Made by a program: the position numbers and the translations under genes | NCBI GenBank assembly: GCA_029261055.1 | Contig: JAJDCA010000071.1 | Coordinates: 89,778-153,777 of the forward strand | Direction: 5' to 3' | Origin: Candidatus Omnitrophota bacterium | GTDB lineage: Bacteria > Omnitrophota > Gorgyraeia > Zapsychrales > Zapsychraceae | DNA length: 64,000 bases | The notes under the pieces: generated by a model | Databases searched by the model: none | Seen by the model: the letters and a program-made list of their open reading frames with translations, nothing else | What the model was told of the DNA's origin: nothing | Shown: piece after piece, positions 1 to 10,239 of the stretch | Layout: each line of letters starts with the position of its first letter | Numbering within the stretch: the first letter of the stretch is position 1

Positions 1-1
1 A

Positions 2-1663
2 AAAATTAAAGCAGATGCAGAAAAATATTTAGGTGAGACCGTGGATGAAGCGGTTATTACCGTTCCAGCTTATTTTAATGATAGCCAACGTCAAGCTACC
101 AAAGATGCCGGGGAAATTGCCGGATTAAAGGTTTTGCGAATCATCAATGAACCGACCGCAGCTTGTTTGGCCTATGGTTTAGATAAAGCCGGTAAAGAAC
201 AGCAAATTATGGTTTTTGATTTTGGGGGTGGAACGCTGGATGTTACGATTTTAGAAATGGGTTGGGATGAAGAGCATAAAGCTGCCACATTTGAAGTATT
301 ATCTACGAACGGGGATAATCATCTCGGTGGGACCGATATGGATAATATTCTTATAGAATATATTACAGAAGAATTTAAGAAAGAATCTGGTGTCGATCTT
401 AAAAATGATAAAATGGCTTTTCAGCGTTTACGTGAAGCAGCTGAAAAAGCTAAGGTAGAGCTTTCCAGTACTATTTCTACAGATATTAACCTTCCTTTTA
501 TTACAGCCGATTCTTCTGGACCAAAACATTTGAACTTGACGGTTGAACGAGCTAAATTGGAAAGTTTAGTGGCAGATGTTGTTGAAAAATGTAAAGGGCC
601 TATTATTCAGTCTCTTAAAGATGCTAAGTCTAAATTAGGGGAAGATGTTGCTATTGCCAAGGTTATCCTTGTCGGTGGTCCTACACGGATGCCCATTGTA
701 CAAGATTTTGTCGAAAAAGAAGTCGGTCAAAAAATTGAACGTGGTATTGATCCAATGGAATGTGTAGCCTTAGGCGCTGCTATTCAATCAGGAATTATCA
801 AAGGAGACGCCAAAGAAGTTCTTCTTTTGGATGTTACGCCATTAACGCTTGGAATCGAAACAATGGGTGGGGTATGTACAAAACTTATTGAACGTAATAC
901 GACCATTCCAGCCAAGAAGAGTCAAATCTTTTCTACGGCTGAAAATAATCAATCTGCCGTGACTATTCGCGTGCTTCAAGGTGAACGTCAAATGGCTAAT
1001 GATAATACGGAATTAGGGCGTTTTGATTTAGTAGGAATTCCACCAGCCTCAAGAGGCGTGCCTCAGATTGAGGTGACATTTGATATCGACACAGATGGTA
1101 TTGTGCATGTTTCGGCGAAAGATAAGGGAACAGGTAAAGAGCAGTCTATTCGTATCACAGCACCAACTAAGCTTTCAGATGAAGATATTGATAAAATGGT
1201 AAAGGAAGCTGAAAAATATGCTGAAGAAGATAAAAAGAAGAAGGAAGAAGTAGAAACTATCAATCAAGCTAATGCTTTATTTTATTCCACAGAAAAAGCT
1301 GTGAAGGATTATGGGGATAAAGTTTCGGCAGATGAAAAAGCAGCCATTGAAAAAGAGCTTAAAAATCTTCAGGAATCTATCAAAGCCAAAGATCTAGAAA
1401 AGATTAAACAGAATATGGAGTCTTTGGAAAAAGTAGGGCATAAATTAGCCGAAGAGGTTTATAAAGCCTCTGCATCTCAGCAAGCCGCTGGTCAAGGCCC
1501 TGAAGGCGCTACAGCCGGTGCAGGTGCAGGAGCTGATGCAGGAGCCCAGCAGGCCAATGCTGGATCAGCTGATCAAAGTCAGTCTTCGCAAAAAGGGGCG
1601 GCTGATAAAAATGAAGATGTCATAGATGCCGACTTTAAAGCGGAAGATGATACTAAAAAATGA
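2..1663 (+). CDS. dnaK: Molecular chaperone DnaK (Hsp70), 5'-truncated by window start
   Basis: Translation from position 2 reads [27 protein letters not shown]..., continuing into the listed ORF. Hsp70 substrate-binding and lid regions are present, with an acidic/GA-rich C-terminus. The stop overlaps the dnaJ start (ATGA). Confidence 0.97.
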   Translation, partial: KIKADAEKYLGETVDEAVITVPAYFNDSQRQATKDAGEIAGLKVLRIINEPTAACLAYGLDKAGKEQQIMVFDFGGGTLDVTILEMGWDEEHKAATFEVLSTNGDNHLGGTDMDNILIEYITEEFKKESGVDLKNDKMAFQRLREAAEKAKVELSSTISTDINLPFITADSSGPKHLNLTVERAKLESLVADVVEKCKGPIIQSLKDAKSKLGEDVAIAKVILVGGPTRMPIVQDFVEKEVGQKIERGIDPMECVALGAAIQSGIIKGDAKEVLLLDVTPLTLGIETMGGVCTKLIERNTTIPAKKSQIFSTAENNQSAVTIRVLQGERQMANDNTELGRFDLVGIPPASRGVPQIEVTFDIDTDGIVHVSAKDKGTGKEQSIRITAPTKLSDEDIDKMVKEAEKYAEEDKKKKEEVETINQANALFYSTEKAVKDYGDKVSADEKAAIEKELKNLQESIKAKDLEKIKQNMESLEKVGHKLAEEVYKASASQQAAGQGPEGATAGAGAGADAGAQQANAGSADQSQSSQKGAADKNEDVIDADFKAEDDTKK

Positions 1664-2805
1664 AAAAAGACTATTATGAAATTTTAGGTGTTCAGAAGGA
1701 TGTTGAGGTTCCAAAAATTAAAAAAGCCTACCGGTCTATGGCTTTGAAGTATCATCCAGACCGTGTTCCGGAGCATGAAAAGAAAGAGGCGGAAGCCAAA
1801 TTCAAAGAAATATCTGAGGCTTACGGTGTTTTATCTGACCCTAAAAAGAAATCCCTCTACGATCAGTATGGGCATGCCGGGATAGATCAAAATTATACTT
1901 CGGATGACATTTTCCGTGGGGCTGATTTTAGTAGCATATTCGGTGAGTCAAATATGGGGGATGTATTTAGTCAATTTTTTGGAGATTCCGGTTTTGATAT
2001 TTTTGGTGGTGGCGGCGGGGGGCAGTCAAGACGAGCTCAACGCGGTCGCGATATTCAATATGAAGTGGATATCACCATTGAAGAAGCTTATTCAGGCGTA
2101 AAGAAAAATATTAAAATTCCTCGTAATGAGCATTGTTCACATTGTGAGGGAAAAGGTGCCAAGCCAGGAAGCAAATTAAAAAAATGCGGTACATGTAATG
2201 GCTTGGGGCGTGTGACCGTAGCCAGTGGTTTTTTTCGTATGCAGCAAACGTGTTCCGATTGTGGAGGTGCAGGACAAATTATTACAGAATATTGTCCGAA
2301 ATGTAATGGTAAAGGTGTAAACCGTGTAACACGAAGTATTGAGGTGAATATACCGGCTGGTGTAGACAATAGTTCACGCCTGCGTGTACAAAATGAAGGG
2401 GAAGTCGGAAGCGCTGGACCTGGAGATTTGTATTTATATATTCATGTCTTGCCTCACGAAATTTTTCAGCGGGAAGGAAATGATCTTTACCTTCAGTTTC
2501 CTTTGAGTTTTGTCATTGCTGCTTTGGGCGGTGAAGTTTCTGTTCCTACGCTTAATGGTAATGTTTCAATGAAAGTCCCTCCAGCAACCCAAAGTGGAAA
2601 AATGTTTCGTCTTCGTGGTAAAGGCATGCCTGATTTACGTGGAGCCGGACAGGGTGATTTGTATGTAAGGGTGATGTTGAATGTTCCGAAGAAATTAACG
2701 CAGGAACAAAGAGACCTTTTGGAGGAGTATGCTAAAATCAGTGGCGAAAAAGTCCAGCCAAAGGGAAAAACATTTAAAGAAAAAATTAAAAAGGTATTTC
2801 AGTAA
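1660..2805 (+). CDS. dnaJ: Co-chaperone DnaJ
   Basis: J domain with HPD motif (YHPDR), a G/F-rich linker, four CxxCxGxG zinc-finger repeats and a C-terminal domain. Canonical dnaK-dnaJ operon order. Confidence 0.95.
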   Translation: MKKDYYEILGVQKDVEVPKIKKAYRSMALKYHPDRVPEHEKKEAEAKFKEISEAYGVLSDPKKKSLYDQYGHAGIDQNYTSDDIFRGADFSSIFGESNMGDVFSQFFGDSGFDIFGGGGGGQSRRAQRGRDIQYEVDITIEEAYSGVKKNIKIPRNEHCSHCEGKGAKPGSKLKKCGTCNGLGRVTVASGFFRMQQTCSDCGGAGQIITEYCPKCNGKGVNRVTRSIEVNIPAGVDNSSRLRVQNEGEVGSAGPGDLYLYIHVLPHEIFQREGNDLYLQFPLSFVIAALGGEVSVPTLNGNVSMKVPPATQSGKMFRLRGKGMPDLRGAGQGDLYVRVMLNVPKKLTQEQRDLLEEYAKISGEKVQPKGKTFKEKIKKVFQ

Positions 2806-2853
2806 GGAACTCGTACAAATTATTTATACGCAGTCTCTAAGGGGTGATAAACA

Positions 2854-3102
2854 ATGCCAACGTATCAATACGAATGTTCTGCCTGTGGTCATGAGTTTGA
2901 AGCTCTTCAATCGATGCTGGACGAAAAATTAAAAACGTGTCCGGAATGTAAAAAAGATAATCTTCACCGATTAATCGGCGGAGGAAGTGGGATTATTTTT
3001 AAAGGATCGGGTTTTTATGAAACCGATTATAAGAAAAAAACACCCACAGATAAGGCCCCAGAAAGTTGTGGAGAAAAGTCAGCTTCTTGTAAGAGTTCTT
3101 AA
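2854..3102 (+). CDS. FmdB-family zinc-ribbon putative regulatory protein
   Basis: N-terminus MPTYQYECSACGHEFE...CPECK with two CxxC pairs, typical of the FmdB family of small zinc-ribbon proteins. Confidence 0.65.
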   Translation: MPTYQYECSACGHEFEALQSMLDEKLKTCPECKKDNLHRLIGGGSGIIFKGSGFYETDYKKKTPTDKAPESCGEKSASCKSS

Positions 3103-3119
3103 TAGAGGAAATAGGTAAT

Positions 3120-3488
3120 TTGAGTTTTTTTAAATTCTGGTTTCCAGTTATTCTATATTCTGCTATTATTTTTTACGTATCTTCTCTTCAAAGAGTGGAA
3201 ACACCATTGAGTGGTATCCATTTTGATAAGATTTTACATGTTTTTGAATATGCGCCTTTTGGTTTTTTGCTTACCAGAGCATTATTTAAAACAAACAGAA
3301 CATTAACTGGAAAAAGTCTTTTTGGGTTTGTTGTTCTAGGTGCATTTTTGTATGGATTGAGTGATGAGTATCACCAGTCTTTTGTAGTAGGGCGAAGTGC
3401 AACAATCATTGATAGTTTTGCCGACACCATAGGGGGTGCGGTGGGAAGTTTAATATACTTAGGAGTTGTAAAAAAATCTTTAGTTTAG
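3120..3488 (+). CDS. VanZ-like family membrane protein
   Basis: TTG start. Three to four predicted TM helices and the VanZ-like motif DEYHQSFVVGRSATIIDSFADTIGG. Confidence 0.55.
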   Translation: MSFFKFWFPVILYSAIIFYVSSLQRVETPLSGIHFDKILHVFEYAPFGFLLTRALFKTNRTLTGKSLFGFVVLGAFLYGLSDEYHQSFVVGRSATIIDSFADTIGGAVGSLIYLGVVKKSLV

Positions 3489-3498
3489 AAAGTTAAAT

Positions 3499-4764
3499 AT
3501 GTCAAAATTAAAACCATTTAAAGCAGTCTATTACAATACGGAAAAAATTAATGATATGGCTAAGGTGGTATGTCCTCCTTATGACGTTATATCAGAAGAA
3601 GAGCAAGCGGATTTGGAAAATTTAAGTCCAAATAATTTTATTCATATCCTCTTGGGGAAAGATAAACCCAAAGACGATAAGGAAAATAATAAATATACGC
3701 GCTCTAAAAAAACTTATGAAGATTGGCTGAAAAAAGAAATCCTGCTTCAGGATGAAAAACCGGGTGTATATTTTTATAAACAAGAATATAAAATACAAGG
3801 GCAAAAACATAGCCGTTTAGGTTTTATTTCTCTTATGGAATTGCAGGATGAGGAGGATTCTCGTGTGATTCCTCATGAAAATACACACGCTCATGCTGTG
3901 GAAGATCGGTTGAATTTATGGAGGTCTTTAAATTCAAATTTGAGTTGTATTTTTGTCTGTTTTTCGGATCAACAAAGGAAAGTAGAAAAGATTTTTACAA
4001 AACATGTGGTGATGAGTCAACCTATGATTGATGTTGAAGATAATGATAAGGTTAAACACCGGGTGTGGCGGCTTAATGATCCAGTATTAATTGAGGAAAT
4101 CAACGGCTCTTTATCGAATCAACATCTGTTTATTGCGGATGGCCATCATCGTTATAAAGTGGCCATGGAATATCGCCGATCCCGATTAGGACGAAAAACG
4201 AATAGCAATGGAACAGAAGATTTCAATTATGTTATGACATATTTTACAAATATTGATTCGAGAGATTTGCAGATTTTTCCAATGCATAGAATTATTAAAA
4301 ATTTGCCGCAAGACCTAGATTTTCTTGAAGATTTTTTTCGAATCGATAGAGTTAAGAGTAAAGATGAACTTTTGATTTATCTTGCCCGTGCAGGGCGTAA
4401 TGAACATGCTTTTGGCCTTTATACAAAAGAAGGTGTAAAACTTTTGAGGTTGAAAAATAAGCTCCTTATTGAAGAACATATTAAAGAGGGTTCTAAAGAA
4501 TATAAAAGTTTGGATGCCTCTATTTTAAAATACTTAGTGTTGGATAGGGTAGGTATAAAATCAGATGATATTGTTTACACTAAAGACCTTAGTGAAGCTA
4601 TTGATAAAGTTGATAATGATGAAGCTGATGCCAGCTTTATTATGAATCCCGTTAAAATTCCTCAATTGAAAGCTATAGCTCTCAACGGTGAGAAAATGCC
4701 TCCCAAGACAACGTATTTCTATCCAAAGGTATTATCCGGTTTGACTGTTTATAAAATGGATTAA
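3499..4764 (+). CDS. DUF1015-family protein
   Basis: N-terminal pattern (F-KA-YYN ... VVCPPYDVIS) and ~420-aa length match the DUF1015 family. Function unknown. Confidence 0.55.
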   Translation: MSKLKPFKAVYYNTEKINDMAKVVCPPYDVISEEEQADLENLSPNNFIHILLGKDKPKDDKENNKYTRSKKTYEDWLKKEILLQDEKPGVYFYKQEYKIQGQKHSRLGFISLMELQDEEDSRVIPHENTHAHAVEDRLNLWRSLNSNLSCIFVCFSDQQRKVEKIFTKHVVMSQPMIDVEDNDKVKHRVWRLNDPVLIEEINGSLSNQHLFIADGHHRYKVAMEYRRSRLGRKTNSNGTEDFNYVMTYFTNIDSRDLQIFPMHRIIKNLPQDLDFLEDFFRIDRVKSKDELLIYLARAGRNEHAFGLYTKEGVKLLRLKNKLLIEEHIKEGSKEYKSLDASILKYLVLDRVGIKSDDIVYTKDLSEAIDKVDNDEADASFIMNPVKIPQLKAIALNGEKMPPKTTYFYPKVLSGLTVYKMD

Positions 4765-4772
4765 GGTAAGTT

Positions 4773-5633
4773 ATGCCTCTGTTTGGTCGAAAACGAAATA
4801 ATCTTATCAATGTCAAAAAGAAAGAAATTCCGGCGGGATTGTGGTCGAAATGTCCTGACTGCGGAGCTCCAACCTATCGAAAAGAATTAGAAAATAACCT
4901 CAATGTTTGTCCTAAATGTGGGTATCACTTTTTCTTAACAGCTCAGCAGAGGGTCGATCTTCTCATCACAAAAGGGACTTTTCAAGAAATGGATACGAAT
5001 ATGTTTTCGACAGATCCGCTTAAATTTCGAGGTCCAAAGACATATCAAGAAAAATTAAAGGGCGACCAAAAAAGGACAGGGATACGGTGCGCCGTTGTAA
5101 CAGGCACGGGCGAAATTCATGGAAAAAAGATAGGGATTGCCGTAACCGATTCAAGGTTTATTATGGGGTCGATGGGTTCTGTGGTTGGGGAGAAGATAAC
5201 AAGGGTTATTGAATTTGCAACAGAACATAAGCTTCCTATGATTATTGTTTCCGGTTCCGGGGGTGGTGCCAGAATGTATGAAGGCGCTATTTCTTTAATG
5301 CAGATGGCCAAGACGTGTGCTGCGCTTTCTCGACATAATAATGCAGGGTTGTTGCATATATCCATTTTGACTAATCCTACTATGGCTGGGATTATGGCTT
5401 CTTTTGCAGGAATTGGTGATATTATTATGGCTGAACCAAAGGCTCTTATTGGATTTACCGGGCCGAGAGTTATTGAACAAACGATCCGGCAAAAACTTCC
5501 AGAAGGGTTTCAGAAATCTGAATTTCTTTTGGCACATGGATTAATTGATATGATTGTTGAACGAAAAGATATGGCGGATAGGTTAAGTAATATTATTAAT
5601 TATTCTTCTAAGTTAGAAAATAAGAAGGAATAA
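4773..5633 (+). CDS. accD: Acetyl-CoA carboxylase carboxyltransferase beta subunit
   Basis: N-terminal zinc ribbon CPDCG...CPKCG, followed by the carboxyltransferase domain (GGARMYEG, GFTGPRVIEQT). Confidence 0.9.
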   Translation: MPLFGRKRNNLINVKKKEIPAGLWSKCPDCGAPTYRKELENNLNVCPKCGYHFFLTAQQRVDLLITKGTFQEMDTNMFSTDPLKFRGPKTYQEKLKGDQKRTGIRCAVVTGTGEIHGKKIGIAVTDSRFIMGSMGSVVGEKITRVIEFATEHKLPMIIVSGSGGGARMYEGAISLMQMAKTCAALSRHNNAGLLHISILTNPTMAGIMASFAGIGDIIMAEPKALIGFTGPRVIEQTIRQKLPEGFQKSEFLLAHGLIDMIVERKDMADRLSNIINYSSKLENKKE

Positions 5634-5725
5634 TTTTCATTGCATTTTAAAAGCTTTATAGATAGAATACGCACTTAAATTTATTTCTAAGTAAATAATT
5701 TACCAAACGTAGCGAGGCTCATTAA

Positions 5726-6829
5726 ATGGCTCAAATTCAAATACAAAATCTTTCAAAAGTTTATAAAGGCGGCGTTAAAGCTGTTGATAATGTTAATGTA
5801 GAAGTCAAAGATAAAGAATTTATGGTTCTTGTTGGGCCTTCCGGTTGTGGAAAATCAACCACATTGCGGATGGTCGCTGGTCTGGAAGATATCAGTGAAG
5901 GTAAGATTATGATCAACGATCGTCTGGTTAATGATGTTCCAGCCAAAGATCGTGATATCGCTATGGTCTTTCAGAATTATGCCTTGTATCCGCATATGAC
6001 GGTTTTTGAAAATATGGCGTTTGGCCTTAAGTTAAAAAAATATCCTAAGCAGGAAATTGAGCGTCGTGTTCATGAAGCCACAGAAATTTTAGGGATTAAT
6101 CGTTTAATAGGCAGACGTCCTCGACAACTTTCTGGTGGTGAGCGACAAAGGGTGGCTTTGGGGCGTGCGATTGTTCGCAAGCCAAAAGTTTTTTTATTTG
6201 ATGAGCCTTTGAGTAATTTAGATGCCAAGATGCGTGTGCAGATGCGTACAGAAATCCATAAGTTACGGTTGCGTCTTCAAACGACATTTATTTATGTAAC
6301 ACATGATCAGACGGAAGCTTTGACTTTAGGTGATCGCGTTATGGTGATGAAAGATGGTAAAGTACAGCAGTGTGCGGATCCTATGACCATTTATGATAAA
6401 CCGGCAAATAAATTTGTCGCTGGTTTTATCGGATCTCCACCGATCAATTTGATGGAAGGTCGTATTATTAAAAAAGAACGAAAATATTATTTCGATGAAG
6501 GGAAGTTTAAAGTAAGAATCGTTGATGAGATGCGTAAAGTCGTTGCGCCTTATGCCGGTAAAGAAGTTACTTTTGGTATTCGTGCTGAAGATATTTATGA
6601 CAAATTATTTGTTTCCGAAGCATCCCCGGATAATACTATTCGTGCTGTATGTGAAGTTGTTGAGCCATTAGGGTCTGAAGTGTATCTCTATTTGAATACA
6701 GGAAAAAATTCATTTATCGCCCGTGTTGGCGCTCATAATAGGCCGGATGTTAATAGAGATATGGATCTCGTGTTCGATATGAGTAAGGTGCATTTCTTTG
6801 ATCGCGACACAGAAAAAACAATTATCTAA
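5726..6829 (+). CDS. ABC transporter ATP-binding protein, MalK/UgpC-type carbohydrate importer ATPase
   Basis: Walker A GPSGCGKST, ABC signature LSGGERQR, Walker B FLFDEPLSNLD, and a C-terminal TOBE-like regulatory domain. No cognate permease or binding-protein genes are adjacent. Confidence 0.85.
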   Translation: MAQIQIQNLSKVYKGGVKAVDNVNVEVKDKEFMVLVGPSGCGKSTTLRMVAGLEDISEGKIMINDRLVNDVPAKDRDIAMVFQNYALYPHMTVFENMAFGLKLKKYPKQEIERRVHEATEILGINRLIGRRPRQLSGGERQRVALGRAIVRKPKVFLFDEPLSNLDAKMRVQMRTEIHKLRLRLQTTFIYVTHDQTEALTLGDRVMVMKDGKVQQCADPMTIYDKPANKFVAGFIGSPPINLMEGRIIKKERKYYFDEGKFKVRIVDEMRKVVAPYAGKEVTFGIRAEDIYDKLFVSEASPDNTIRAVCEVVEPLGSEVYLYLNTGKNSFIARVGAHNRPDVNRDMDLVFDMSKVHFFDRDTEKTII

Positions 6830-8156
6830 AAAATTGTCTGAAAGTCATACTCTCGGACAACCTCTTAGTAATTCAACTTGCCGAAGGGGTCAACCTCCTT
6901 TTATACAGTTAACCCTCCTTTTTATTACCCTAATAGTTTTTTTTATCTACGCTACGTTTTTTAACCAGCCTTTTTTTGTTTTCATCACAATAGGTATGTT
7001 AGGATGTCTTTTTTATTTGGTGCCGTTGCGATATCACCTTGTTATGAAGGGTGCGGAAGCTCAACTTCAGGTGCAGGATTGTCACGAGAGGACAAATTTA
7101 ACGCATTCTGAGACGCATCAGGAAGGTGAAGTTATAGAGGCATTTCGAAAAAAAATTGTGAGTTATTCTAAACTTAAGGTATTAACGGAAGAGTTGAGCC
7201 TATGCCTTACTTTAGATGACACGTCTAAAACACTTTCTTCTGAGGCAAATAAACTTTTAGGTGGTCGAGAAACAACGATTATTTTGTATCTTTTTCATTC
7301 CAAAACAGGGGTGCTAGGTATTTCTTCGTCGCGTAAGGGGCAGTTACGTGTGAATATTAAATCGAAAAAAGGAGACCTCTTTGACCAATGGTTGGTTAAA
7401 AGTATGCAGCCGTTATTAGTTGAGGACACAAAAAGTGATTATCGTTTTGATATTGATAAAATTGTGACAGAAGATGCCAGGGGAATTCGATCTCTTATTA
7501 GTGCGCCGTTGATGGTGGGTAATAAAGCTTTAGGAATATTGCGCATCGACAGCCCGAAAGAAGATTATTTTACAACAGAAGATTTGCGTTTTTTAGCCAC
7601 GATAGGTGATCTCGGTGCTGTGGCTATCGAAAATGCACAGTTGTATGAGCGTGTCGAACAGTTAGCGATTAAAGATGGATTAACTCATTTGTATTTACGT
7701 CGGTATCTCATGGAGCGCATGCCAAAGGAAATGAGTCGACAGTTACGATGTAATAGTCAAATGTCTTTTTTTATGATGGATATTGATAAATTTAAACGGT
7801 ACAACGACACCTTTGGTCATATGGCAGGCGACATTGTGTTGAGAACAGTGGGTATCCTTTTGATGGATTTTTTTAAACAGCCGGGAAGTTTAGTTTGCCG
7901 TTATGGTGGAGAAGAGTTTGCTGTTATGATCCCGGATTGTCCGAAGGATAAAGCCGTTGAATTGGCAGAAAAAATACGGCAAAAGATTTCTAAACAGACT
8001 GTTTTGCTTCGACGAGAAAAAACACAGGTCACTATTTCTGTCGGGATTGCAACTTTCCCTAAAGATGCCCAGATGAAAGAAGATCTTATCCATAAAGCTG
8101 ACATGGCGCTTTATAAAGCCAAAAATGAAGGAAGAAATCGTGTGTGTGTAGCGTAA
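6798..8156 (+). CDS. Diguanylate cyclase: N-terminal TM region, GAF-like domain, GGDEF domain
   Basis: RYNDTFGHMAGD ... RYGGEEFAVMIPD (GGEEF active site) and inhibitory-site-like RxxD. Hydrophobic N-terminus. The listed start overlaps the upstream ORF by 32 nt; the true start may be downstream. Confidence 0.85.
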   Translation: MIATQKKQLSKKLSESHTLGQPLSNSTCRRGQPPFIQLTLLFITLIVFFIYATFFNQPFFVFITIGMLGCLFYLVPLRYHLVMKGAEAQLQVQDCHERTNLTHSETHQEGEVIEAFRKKIVSYSKLKVLTEELSLCLTLDDTSKTLSSEANKLLGGRETTIILYLFHSKTGVLGISSSRKGQLRVNIKSKKGDLFDQWLVKSMQPLLVEDTKSDYRFDIDKIVTEDARGIRSLISAPLMVGNKALGILRIDSPKEDYFTTEDLRFLATIGDLGAVAIENAQLYERVEQLAIKDGLTHLYLRRYLMERMPKEMSRQLRCNSQMSFFMMDIDKFKRYNDTFGHMAGDIVLRTVGILLMDFFKQPGSLVCRYGGEEFAVMIPDCPKDKAVELAEKIRQKISKQTVLLRREKTQVTISVGIATFPKDAQMKEDLIHKADMALYKAKNEGRNRVCVA

Positions 8157-8175
8157 GGGAAAGAATTTCAATGTT

Positions 8176-8278
8176 AGTCATCAGTCATCAGCTATCAGAC
8201 GTCAGTGAAAAATAAACTGCTGACGACTGCAAGCCTGACGTCTGATGGCTAAAAGTCGCCGCCGAAGGCGGTTTAACG
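8176..8278. repeat. Heptamer direct repeats plus a 16-bp inverted repeat between the two GGDEF genes
   Basis: Four tandem heptamers AGTCATC AGTCATC AGCTATC AGACGTC. Inverted repeat AGCTATCAGACGTCAG (8190-8205) / CTGACGTCTGATGGCT (8235-8250). Small hairpin CCGCCGAAGGCGG at 8256-8270. Confidence 0.6.
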
Positions 8279-8287
8279 TGTAAGAAT

Positions 8288-9304
8288 ATGACTTTTTTAT
8301 TATCATTAATCATAGTTATTTTTGTTTTTCTGGTTATTCAGTGTGCTAAAAGAATAGCAAGGCAAATAGAGTTGACTGGTCGGGAAGAAATAAAGAATGC
8401 TAAAGAAGCGCATAATCAATTAATTCGGAAAAAAGAAAGTTTAAGTAAAGAAAAGTATGCTTTGGAAGGTCAAGCTTTAGAAATTTTTACTTTATATGAA
8501 ATTACAAAAGAAATTACGAAGAGTTTAAACGAGCAAGATGCCTTTGATATTTTTAAACAAAAATTAAGCTTACATACAGTCTTTGAAGAATGTCTTTTTT
8601 TGGCCCCTTCTTCGCCTTCCATTAATGAATTAAAAAAATCAGAAGAGTATTTTATTTTTACTCTCCAGGAAAAACGGAAAAAAATTGGGTATTTGGCTAT
8701 TAAAGGGGTTCCTGAACAAGACAAAGAAAAAATAATGATTTTGGGTCATCAATTTGCTTTGGCCATTAGAAGGGTTAAGCTTTATCAAGAAATAGAGAAA
8801 GTGGCTATTACAGATAGTCTAACAGAGGTTCAGACACGTCATTATGCCTTAGTCCGTTTTACTGAAGAGATCAATCGTTCAAAAGAACGTAAAATTAAAA
8901 TGTCATTTCTTATGATTGATGCAGATTTTTTTAAGAGTATTAATGATGAATATGGGCATTTAACGGGGGATCAAGTTTTAAAAGAAATAGCCGCTATTAT
9001 TAAAGAAAATATTCGGGAGATTGATATTGCCGGCCGGTACGGTGGTGAAGAGTTTTGTGTTGTCCTTCCAGATACAGATCGTGAAGGGGCTCAGTATGCA
9101 GCTGAACGTATCCGTTCTGCCACAGAGCAAGCCTTGATTAAGGCCTACGACACACAGATTAAAACAACCGTGAGTGTCGGTATAGCCACATTTCCGGAAG
9201 ATGGAAAAAGTATGGAAGAGTTGATCGATAAGGCCGATTGGGCCCTTTATCGCGCCAAAAAACAAGGACGAAACAGGATTTGTTCATTTGGGGTGTATGA
9301 GTGA
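8288..9304 (+). CDS. Diguanylate cyclase (TM / coiled-coil / GGDEF)
   Basis: N-terminal TM helix, then NDEYGHLTGD ... RYGGEEFCVVLPD (GGEEF). A tandem paralog of the upstream gene. Confidence 0.85.
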   Translation: MTFLLSLIIVIFVFLVIQCAKRIARQIELTGREEIKNAKEAHNQLIRKKESLSKEKYALEGQALEIFTLYEITKEITKSLNEQDAFDIFKQKLSLHTVFEECLFLAPSSPSINELKKSEEYFIFTLQEKRKKIGYLAIKGVPEQDKEKIMILGHQFALAIRRVKLYQEIEKVAITDSLTEVQTRHYALVRFTEEINRSKERKIKMSFLMIDADFFKSINDEYGHLTGDQVLKEIAAIIKENIREIDIAGRYGGEEFCVVLPDTDREGAQYAAERIRSATEQALIKAYDTQIKTTVSVGIATFPEDGKSMEELIDKADWALYRAKKQGRNRICSFGVYE

Positions 9305-9306
9305 GA

Positions 9307-9335
9307 TTGACAACGCATAATGTATGGTGTATACT
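9307..9335 (+). promoter_or_regulatory. Sigma70-like promoter for the VapBC-like pair
   Basis: TTGACA, 17-nt spacer, TATACT, about 20 nt upstream of the RBS GGAGGTGA. Confidence 0.55.
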
Positions 9336-9354
9336 TTAAATGGAGGTGATAAAA

Positions 9355-9600
9355 ATGGTGAGAACACAAATATACTTAGAAGATGAACAAATATTAAAAT
9401 TAAATTTGGCATCTGAAAAGCTTAATGTGAAGAAATCAGAGTTGATTAGGTTAGCTATTGATGAATATTTCTCAAAAAAAGATAAGGACGTTAAGTGGGA
9501 AGATGACCCATTGGATAAATCTATTGGCTCGATTGAGTTAAATGTAGAAGATGCTTCAGTTAATCATGATAAGTATTTGTACGGTAATCACAATGAATAA
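9355..9600 (+). CDS. Ribbon-helix-helix (CopG/VapB-like) antitoxin
   Basis: 81-aa protein; MVRTQIYLEDEQILKL fits an RHH beta-strand/helix pattern. The strong RBS GGAGGTGA precedes the second ATG at 9355. Its stop overlaps the PIN gene start. Confidence 0.6.
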   Translation: MVRTQIYLEDEQILKLNLASEKLNVKKSELIRLAIDEYFSKKDKDVKWEDDPLDKSIGSIELNVEDASVNHDKYLYGNHNE

Positions 9601-10000
9601 AATATTTATAGATACGGGAGGATGGGTTGGTTTATTTAATAAAAGAGATAAATTCCATCAAGGTGCCAGTCAAATATATAAGAAAATTAAAGCAAATAAA
9701 TTAGAAATATATACAAGTGATTATATTATTGATGAAACAGTTACGTTAATAAAAAGCCACAGCAATTCAGATGCGGCGATAAATGCAGGTAATGCACTAA
9801 TGCGTAGCCAGCTTGTGAATATTATCAATGTAGATGCGAATATATTTAATAAAACCTGGCTAAATTTTCAGAAATATAAAGATAAAGATTATAGTTTTAC
9901 AGATGTTTCAACAATTTCCATTATGCATGAATTAAAAATAATACATTTGTTCGCCTTTGATGATAACTTGATTAATTTTGGTTTTGTAAAGTATGCATAG
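9593..10000 (+). CDS. PIN-domain toxin (VapC-like)
   Basis: MNKIFIDTGGWVGLFNKRD has the PIN D-T/S-G acidic motif. A further acidic residue lies in IDETV, and the length is ~135 aa. The start overlaps the upstream antitoxin stop. Confidence 0.7.
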   Translation: MNKIFIDTGGWVGLFNKRDKFHQGASQIYKKIKANKLEIYTSDYIIDETVTLIKSHSNSDAAINAGNALMRSQLVNIINVDANIFNKTWLNFQKYKDKDYSFTDVSTISIMHELKIIHLFAFDDNLINFGFVKYA

Positions 10001-10239
10001 AATTTAAGGAAAGATATTCGTAACAAATTTCTTCGTAATTTTTCCTCCCCTTGCGCAAAATTAAGAGAAAAATTAAATATTTTTTTTTATTTTTTTGTAA
10101 CTATATGAAATAATTATAGGTACATTTCGTTGAAAAATCATCTGCGTGGTAATTTGTCCTTTGAATATGTTATACTTTTTGTACAAGTAAGCGTAGCAAT
10201 AATCCAACCAAGAATTTGTTAATATCGGATAAACAATAG

